IMG/VR virus record: IMGVR_UViG_638275558_000001
Coordinates: 32,001 to 96,000 of that record
DNA from: a virus
Lineage: Duplodnaviria; Caudoviricetes
Strand: one strand, 5' to 3'
DNA: 64,000 nucleotides
Under the pieces are notes generated by a model. It saw nothing but the letters and a program-made list of their open reading frames with translations. It made no database searches and had not been told where the DNA came from. The position numbers were made by a program, and so were the translations under genes. Position 1 is the stretch's first letter; each line of letters opens with the position of its first letter. Shown in pieces: positions 58,293 to 64,000 of the stretch.

Positions 58293-59609
58293 TTATTTAA
58301 ATAACCCCTTTTCAATTCTCTCCGTTAGAAGCTTCTTTTCCGACTTTTGCATTTTCTCTTCGTCGCCGTCAAGGCGGGCAAAAAACCAACTTTTATCATG
58401 ATAATCCATAAGTCGAAGAGCGAACCTTTTGCGAAACTCTCCGGGGTTTTCTTCCGGAGAAACCTGTTCGGAAATCTCTTTATAAATCGTATCAAAAGAT
58501 GACTCAAGCTGATTTCGCATATCGGTATAAATTTCTTTGAGTTTCATCACGGTTTCCTGTTCATCCGGGGTAAGTACAAAATCATCAAGTTTGTTTTCAA
58601 GAAAAAGATCGGCGAGCTTCTCAGGAGTGATTGTAGTTTTAATCCGGTGGAGCTCCAGATATACCGGGTGCTTGATCTTTGTGCGGTAATAAACACGCGG
58701 GGCAATTTCCTGTACGGCTACAAATCCTTCATATACCACCTCATAACCGTCTCTCAGGCTTTTGAAAAGCGGTGTAACTTCCTCAAATAGTTCCTGAAGG
58801 CGATTGGCACGAAAAAGAGTATAGTTTTGCTCTTGAGACAGAACAGCCGGTAGCTTAAGATTTATTTTTCCGCCACTTTCGTTGAAAATGCGTACGGCTT
58901 CTTCGGAGGGACCCACCTCGAAATATCCCTTCTCCGGATCCACCGAACGCACACCGATCAGAATGATATTTGGCTCCTCATAAGGAACCACCACTCGCGC
59001 GTCCGGATGAACCATTTCAAATATGTAACAGTATGAGGAGTTCAAATGATAGAGAAGGTAAGGCGGATATTTCTTTTCAAAGGTTTCCCAGAACAATTCT
59101 CGATATGTTTTATCCATATGAGTGGTAACCATTCCGTTTTTGACAATGGATCCATTTGCGTCAATACTCCCAAGAGTGTGAATTTTCCACCCTTCATCAT
59201 AATATAAAACCACACAAGTACCATCCAGCTTTTCAACCAGTTTCATGGGAAGTTTGAACATGAAACCGGCTTTGCGCTTTTCATTCAGGGGAGACGCGTA
59301 ACGAAGCGTCTGATAATAGTTTACGATTTCCGGCTGGAGTTCTTCCCCCCAGTTGAAAAATTTGTCAAAGGGATAAGACAGAACTTTCCAACCACTATCC
59401 GTTTTGCGGAGAATCGCCCCGCGACAGGCAAGGTGATATATCTTATCAAACTTACAACCAAGGTGATATTTGAACATGTATAGATCACCCCGGTTTTTGC
59501 ACATAATCCCCTCCTTGCGAAGGGATTCGACGGCTACTTCCGGAGACTCAAAAGAGTTCAGGTGTTCGATAAGGTACTCAACCGGGTATTTTACGTTCAT
59601 CGATTCCAT
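58293..59609 (-). CDS. rnlA: RNA ligase 1 (Rnl1 family)
   Basis: CRG, PFDKFFN, EKLDGT adenylation motif, FEM, EGFV, KIK; recalled as the RM378 thermostable RNA ligase. Confidence 0.95.
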   Translation of the reverse strand: MESMNVKYPVEYLIEHLNSFESPEVAVESLRKEGIMCKNRGDLYMFKYHLGCKFDKIYHLACRGAILRKTDSGWKVLSYPFDKFFNWGEELQPEIVNYYQTLRYASPLNEKRKAGFMFKLPMKLVEKLDGTCVVLYYDEGWKIHTLGSIDANGSIVKNGMVTTHMDKTYRELFWETFEKKYPPYLLYHLNSSYCYIFEMVHPDARVVVPYEEPNIILIGVRSVDPEKGYFEVGPSEEAVRIFNESGGKINLKLPAVLSQEQNYTLFRANRLQELFEEVTPLFKSLRDGYEVVYEGFVAVQEIAPRVYYRTKIKHPVYLELHRIKTTITPEKLADLFLENKLDDFVLTPDEQETVMKLKEIYTDMRNQLESSFDTIYKEISEQVSPEENPGEFRKRFALRLMDYHDKSWFFARLDGDEEKMQKSEKKLLTERIEKGLFK

Positions 59610-59705
59610 AGCGTACTATAAGTCTTGTTTTGAGTTTTCGGAAGCGTCGGTTGATCAGGGAGTTCGTCTACAACTTCATAGTTTCCGGATAGGAAACCGT
59701 AGCAA

Positions 59706-61673
59706 TCACACACCTCCTTCGTAAATCTGTTTACGGGAATTGGTTACAAGTTTTTCAGCTACGCGCAACATTTTGTTACTCCACTTTTCAACCGGGGTTT
59801 CCACAAGGAAATGACCAATACGGGTATCAAACCGGTTGAAGCCCACATTGTTGCGCTGAGCCGCGCGGTCTTTATCCAGCGCCGCCACGATCGCCAGCTT
59901 CTGCTGAAGCTCCAGCGCATAACCCCGCTCTTCCTCCGAAATGGTTTTACTTTCTTCTTCCTCCTCCCGCTGCTGCTTCTGCTCAGACGTAGTAATCACA
60001 TCGAGCAGAGATACAGGCTTCTCAAGTTGAGTCTTCATACGCTCATGATTGAGTGCCTTTTCGATAATTTCAATCTTGCGCGTCAGGTAATCGGCAAAGT
60101 TTTCATCCAGCGTATGACGCGCAACAATGTAGTGAATATCCACACATTCGGCTTCCTGACCAATGCGGTGGAGACGATCTTCCGCCTGCAGGATATTGCC
60201 GGGTACCCAGTCCAATTCCACAAACACGGCGGTCTTAGCACGCGTCAGCGTAATGCCGACACCAGCCGCCAGAATGCTGCAGAGCACCACGTCCACCTTA
60301 CCACTCTGAAAATCCTCCACCGCCTTTTGACGCTGCACCACATTTTCCTCGCCGGTAATGCGGGCGTAGGTAATACCTTTAGCTTCAAGCACCTTCTGAA
60401 TGATCTCGAACACATCATGATGGTGTGCAAACACAACCAACCCGTCCACTTCTTCCTCTTTCACAAGAGAAACAATATAGTCAGCAGCGAACGGGGCTTT
60501 GTGAATGGCATAAAAGCGCCGCATTTCTGCAACGCGCTCAAACATAACCTTCATTTTTTCATCAAACTCCGCCATTGCCTCAGCCAGATCAGCGCTTTCA
60601 ACCCCAACCCGCTCAAACTCGCGGAGAACGGAAATATAATTTTTGAGATTCTGGAGATCTTCAGCCAGCTTGAAAATTTCTTCTTCAGCAAACATCTTAT
60701 TAAGTTTTACAGGAACGATTTTACGGCTTTTCGGCGGAAGCTCCTTGAGCACATCTTTTTTCAAGCGACGAATCATGATAGTGGAGCGAAGCTTTCCCTG
60801 AAGTTCTTCAAGGTTACTTGCACCACGAAAATCCCAACCATACCCATTATAGTAAGCGTTGCAATACCGCTTGGCGTAGCCCCAGAAATTACCAAACACC
60901 TTCGGAGCCGCCATCTCAAGAATGGGATAAAGCTCAATCGGTCTATTGACGATAGGAGTACCGGTAAGAAAGAGCACCTTCCCGCCCTGTTCTATGGAAG
61001 ATTTGACAATAGATTTTACAAACCCGGAGCGCTTCGTCTTCGGGTTTTTGATATAATGGCATTCGTCTACGATCACAAGATCGTAAGCATAATCCTCTTC
61101 CGAAATGCGGTGGAGAATGTCATAATTGATAATGTAAATGGTGTTTTTCAGAGAAAAATCGACTTCATTGCCGTTAACCACAATAATTTCTTTTTCGTGA
61201 ACCACCCAGCGCTTCAATTCCCGCTCCCAGTTGTACTTCAGAGAAGCGGGACACACTACCAGCACGCGATCGGGGTTCATTACATTGATAACCCCGGCGC
61301 TCTGAATTGTTTTTCCGGTACCCATTTCGTCTGCAATGAGAGCACCCGGATATTCTTTAAAAACTTCGGTAACAAAATGCACCCCCGCCTTCTGAAATGG
61401 GAAATAATCATATCCGGTAGGTGCAGGTACGGCAAAATCGCTGCTGGTGACGCTGCTGAGCTCGAGCTTGTGATTTTTTTCTTCCAGGAGAAGGTTGTAC
61501 TGCTGAGCAGCCTTTTCGTCGAAATAACCTTTCAGTTTACTCGCATAATCGAGAATTGTCGTATACCATACCCTCTTATCCGGATCCCACTTCCACCCGG
61601 CATTTTTGGGGATCAGACGTTCTTCGTAGGTTCCTTTCCACTCGAACCGGTTGTTGTAAGTAACGTAGCCCAT
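59706..61673 (-). CDS. SNF2/SMARCAL1-like helicase
   Basis: ADEMGTGKT, VCPASL, DECHYIKN, LTGTP..NRP, GVGITL, QAEDRLHRIGQ; likely start ATG 61673. Confidence 0.93.
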   Translation of the reverse strand: MGYVTYNNRFEWKGTYEERLIPKNAGWKWDPDKRVWYTTILDYASKLKGYFDEKAAQQYNLLLEEKNHKLELSSVTSSDFAVPAPTGYDYFPFQKAGVHFVTEVFKEYPGALIADEMGTGKTIQSAGVINVMNPDRVLVVCPASLKYNWERELKRWVVHEKEIIVVNGNEVDFSLKNTIYIINYDILHRISEEDYAYDLVIVDECHYIKNPKTKRSGFVKSIVKSSIEQGGKVLFLTGTPIVNRPIELYPILEMAAPKVFGNFWGYAKRYCNAYYNGYGWDFRGASNLEELQGKLRSTIMIRRLKKDVLKELPPKSRKIVPVKLNKMFAEEEIFKLAEDLQNLKNYISVLREFERVGVESADLAEAMAEFDEKMKVMFERVAEMRRFYAIHKAPFAADYIVSLVKEEEVDGLVVFAHHHDVFEIIQKVLEAKGITYARITGEENVVQRQKAVEDFQSGKVDVVLCSILAAGVGITLTRAKTAVFVELDWVPGNILQAEDRLHRIGQEAECVDIHYIVARHTLDENFADYLTRKIEIIEKALNHERMKTQLEKPVSLLDVITTSEQKQQREEEEESKTISEEERGYALELQQKLAIVAALDKDRAAQRNNVGFNRFDTRIGHFLVETPVEKWSNKMLRVAEKLVTNSRKQIYEGGV

Positions 61674-61706
61674 GACCGCCCTGTCTTTGGCTGTCAATCT
61701 GCTGAT

Positions 61707-61735
61707 AATATACGACACTGAACAAGAAAAGTCAA
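61707..61735 (-). promoter_or_regulatory. Sigma70-type early promoter
   Basis: TTGACT-17 nt-TATATT followed by AGCAGATTGA; -35 lies in a GTCAA-gggg-TTGAC inverted repeat. Confidence 0.8.
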
Positions 61736-61755
61736 CCCCTTGACAGAAATTTCAA

Positions 61756-63549
61756 TTAGAAGGGAAACGAAAGTTGAACAAACAGGTGATTGAAATGCTT
61801 CCGATAGCGCGTCGGAAGATCAAAGGTGTCGTGGATAAACTTTTCAAATTCATCTTTTTCACCCTCTAAAACATCATCAAGCCATAGTCTTCGACGTTCA
61901 AGGCTCCCAATAATCGCCTCAATCGGATATGCTTCTATAAAAGCATTACCGGGATAATCATCTACAACACTCCTCACAACTTCTTCAATGTTTGTTGTAT
62001 CTATCAATCCCCTTTCCGTATAATACACTATATGTGGTTCTTCGTTTGATCCGTAATCTGATTCTAAGTATACTATAACTTCATATTCTACTATATCTTT
62101 AACATACTCGATAATACTTTCTATTCCACTTTCAACCATTTCCTCTACTTTCTCCCCCCACTCTTCATCAAAATGATCTAAAATATCATCCGAGTTGATT
62201 ATTTTTTCTATAAGATCATAGTTTACATTTTCAGGTTTAATTGTGCTGTAAAAATATTCAAAACAGCCGGTTGTCGACATATTTTTATAAAGAGAAGCAA
62301 CTACATCGGGATATGCTTCGTGTTCCGCCCATTTACCAATATGTTGTTTGAAAAGAAAATAGGCGATACGATAAGAACCTCTGTTGGCTCTCCTTTTTTC
62401 TATATCTTCTGGCAACTCTATATTAAGATATTCATGAAGGTCTTTAATACCCTCCGCTTCCCCCATATGATCAATTGCGATATCTACAAATTGTCTTATG
62501 AGATCGACAACCACCGAAAGATTGATATATTCCTCGAATTTATTCTTCTGATAAAGCACAAATACCTGCAGGGTTTCAGCGGGAATATAAACAGTATCAT
62601 AATTATAAGCGAGGACGCTCCTTACACTGTCTAAAGCCATATTAATATAATATTCGATTGCATCTTCTGAAGGTGCAAGATTTTCTACCAGATGGGGATA
62701 TTTTTCAGCAATCACATCCAGCATCCGCGCCGCATAAGTAGCATAGGGTTCTTCGTCAATCGGTACCATTGTATTATCAGGAAGGTGAAATTCCTTTCCC
62801 TTACCAAATGTAGCGATTGCGTAAACAAGTCCGTCATACGGATTGCTACTATCGGCTTCGAAATCTATTCCCGGTTTGATCGCCGAAGGATGAAATACCC
62901 CCACGAACAAGGGATAATAATAGTTGAAATGTTGATCGCCAAGTCCCACACACACATGAATATGATTACCAATCATCCCGAGAATACGTCTGTTTTCCAC
63001 CACATTTTGGGGGTGATATATGATCATAGAATTGTCTTCGTAGATAATCAAATCCGCATATTCTGTGTGCATAAGCTGACGAAACTTCTCCCACAATGCC
63101 AGATAAGAAGCCCCCACCTCTTCCACTTTTCCGGCGCGTTGATATGCCCCAACGACTTTTCCGGGATCGAGAAGCTGAAGGTTATCCGTAAGATCAAATT
63201 CCCTCAAAACGGAGGGTTGGTGTCGCACCGAAAAATACCAGCGAAATGGCTCGATGTAAAGAGGGAGATCGATCGGATCGATTTTGTCGCTCATCACCAT
63301 ACGATAAAAATATTCAACCAGCGCATTTGTCGAGATAAGGTTATATTCGGGATTGTTGCGAAGCGGCTCAAAAATAGACTGAGCAACTTTGTGAAGAATA
63401 TTTCCAAAAAATAAAATACGCTCCCCCGGATCACGGGGAACTTCTCCAAGATTTAATTGCTGAGCCAGAAACCTGAGTTTGTTTTCGGGAAGTTTTGCAA
63501 GTAGTTCTTTACCCCTACGGGACCCCGGAGCAGGAAAAGTAAACGCCAT
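61756..63549 (-). CDS. Hypothetical late protein, paralog of 3..1343
   Basis: 597 aa; HVCVGLGDQHFNYYYPLFVGVFHP vs TVCIAQNDSYWDNYKHDYVFILFIHP; TATTTAAA upstream. Confidence 0.8.
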   Translation of the reverse strand: MAFTFPAPGSRRGKELLAKLPENKLRFLAQQLNLGEVPRDPGERILFFGNILHKVAQSIFEPLRNNPEYNLISTNALVEYFYRMVMSDKIDPIDLPLYIEPFRWYFSVRHQPSVLREFDLTDNLQLLDPGKVVGAYQRAGKVEEVGASYLALWEKFRQLMHTEYADLIIYEDNSMIIYHPQNVVENRRILGMIGNHIHVCVGLGDQHFNYYYPLFVGVFHPSAIKPGIDFEADSSNPYDGLVYAIATFGKGKEFHLPDNTMVPIDEEPYATYAARMLDVIAEKYPHLVENLAPSEDAIEYYINMALDSVRSVLAYNYDTVYIPAETLQVFVLYQKNKFEEYINLSVVVDLIRQFVDIAIDHMGEAEGIKDLHEYLNIELPEDIEKRRANRGSYRIAYFLFKQHIGKWAEHEAYPDVVASLYKNMSTTGCFEYFYSTIKPENVNYDLIEKIINSDDILDHFDEEWGEKVEEMVESGIESIIEYVKDIVEYEVIVYLESDYGSNEEPHIVYYTERGLIDTTNIEEVVRSVVDDYPGNAFIEAYPIEAIIGSLERRRLWLDDVLEGEKDEFEKFIHDTFDLPTRYRKHFNHLFVQLSFPF

Positions 63550-63566
63550 TTTTTTATTTTAAATAA

Positions 63567-63998
63567 CTACGCCCCAAAATCCACATAAAGATAGCAAATT
63601 TTCCAGCTATCCTCCATCGAGATAGTATATTTTTTATCCCCCTCTTTTTTAATCTGATAATCTTCCTTACCGACATAATGTAAAAATTGCCTTATAAGTT
63701 GCCACAACCTATCATATTCCTCCGTTTCATCAGTGCAAGCCAGCTTGTACTGATAATCAACGAAGGACATATCGTTTATTTCATCATAAAAATTGTCATT
63801 GCCCCCCACAATGATAACTTCTGGATCAAATACAACCCATTCGATAAAATCAAGCATAAACTGGCTTAATTCCGGATTTTTAAGAATATAACGCCAGTTC
63901 CAGCGCGATTCATGATCACATCGATCAAGCCTTTCTATCACCTTATAATCTTCATTATATCTGGCAAGTAGAAAACGTCTCATTTCGGCAACGTTCAT
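63567..63998 (-). CDS. Hypothetical protein
   Basis: 143-aa ORF. Confidence 0.7.
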   Translation of the reverse strand: MNVAEMRRFLLARYNEDYKVIERLDRCDHESRWNWRYILKNPELSQFMLDFIEWVVFDPEVIIVGGNDNFYDEINDMSFVDYQYKLACTDETEEYDRLWQLIRQFLHYVGKEDYQIKKEGDKKYTISMEDSWKICYLYVDFGA

Positions 63999-64000
63999 AT

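Noticed and set aside
59811-61721. 636-aa plus-strand ORF
   Set aside because: Antisense shadow of the SNF2 helicase; no motifs or initiation signals.

Overview
A 64-kb piece of a large, AT-rich lytic myovirus genome with T4-like structural genes. From memory, the 438-aa RNA ligase and the exonuclease-less family-B polymerase match Rhodothermus phage RM378; I could not verify this by search. Core genes: portal, large terminase, neck and baseplate proteins, a baseplate hub with an inserted lysozyme domain, an endolysin, LamG/Ig-like adhesins, DNA polymerase, primase, SNF2 helicase, RNA ligase 1, thymidine kinase, a kinase-fold protein, a resolvase-like nuclease and tRNA-Arg(UCU). Main items for follow-up: (1) an unannotated 51-aa ORF (46508-46663, minus strand) with a lasso-peptide/RRE-type RiPP leader and no maturases nearby; (2) a tandem array of 18 small, highly diverged ORFs sharing an N-terminal signature; (3) two paralogous ADP-ribosyltransferase-like late proteins; (4) a HicB-like/HicA-like pair beside a GC-rich patch that also holds an ACG-start ORF; (5) an IS200/IS605 tnpB element broken by a microhomology deletion; (6) a TATTTAA late-promoter motif just before at least 17 start codons; (7) homopolymer frameshifts in three ORFs; (8) a perfect 31-bp inverted repeat 17.4 kb apart. 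All function calls rest on motifs read by eye.
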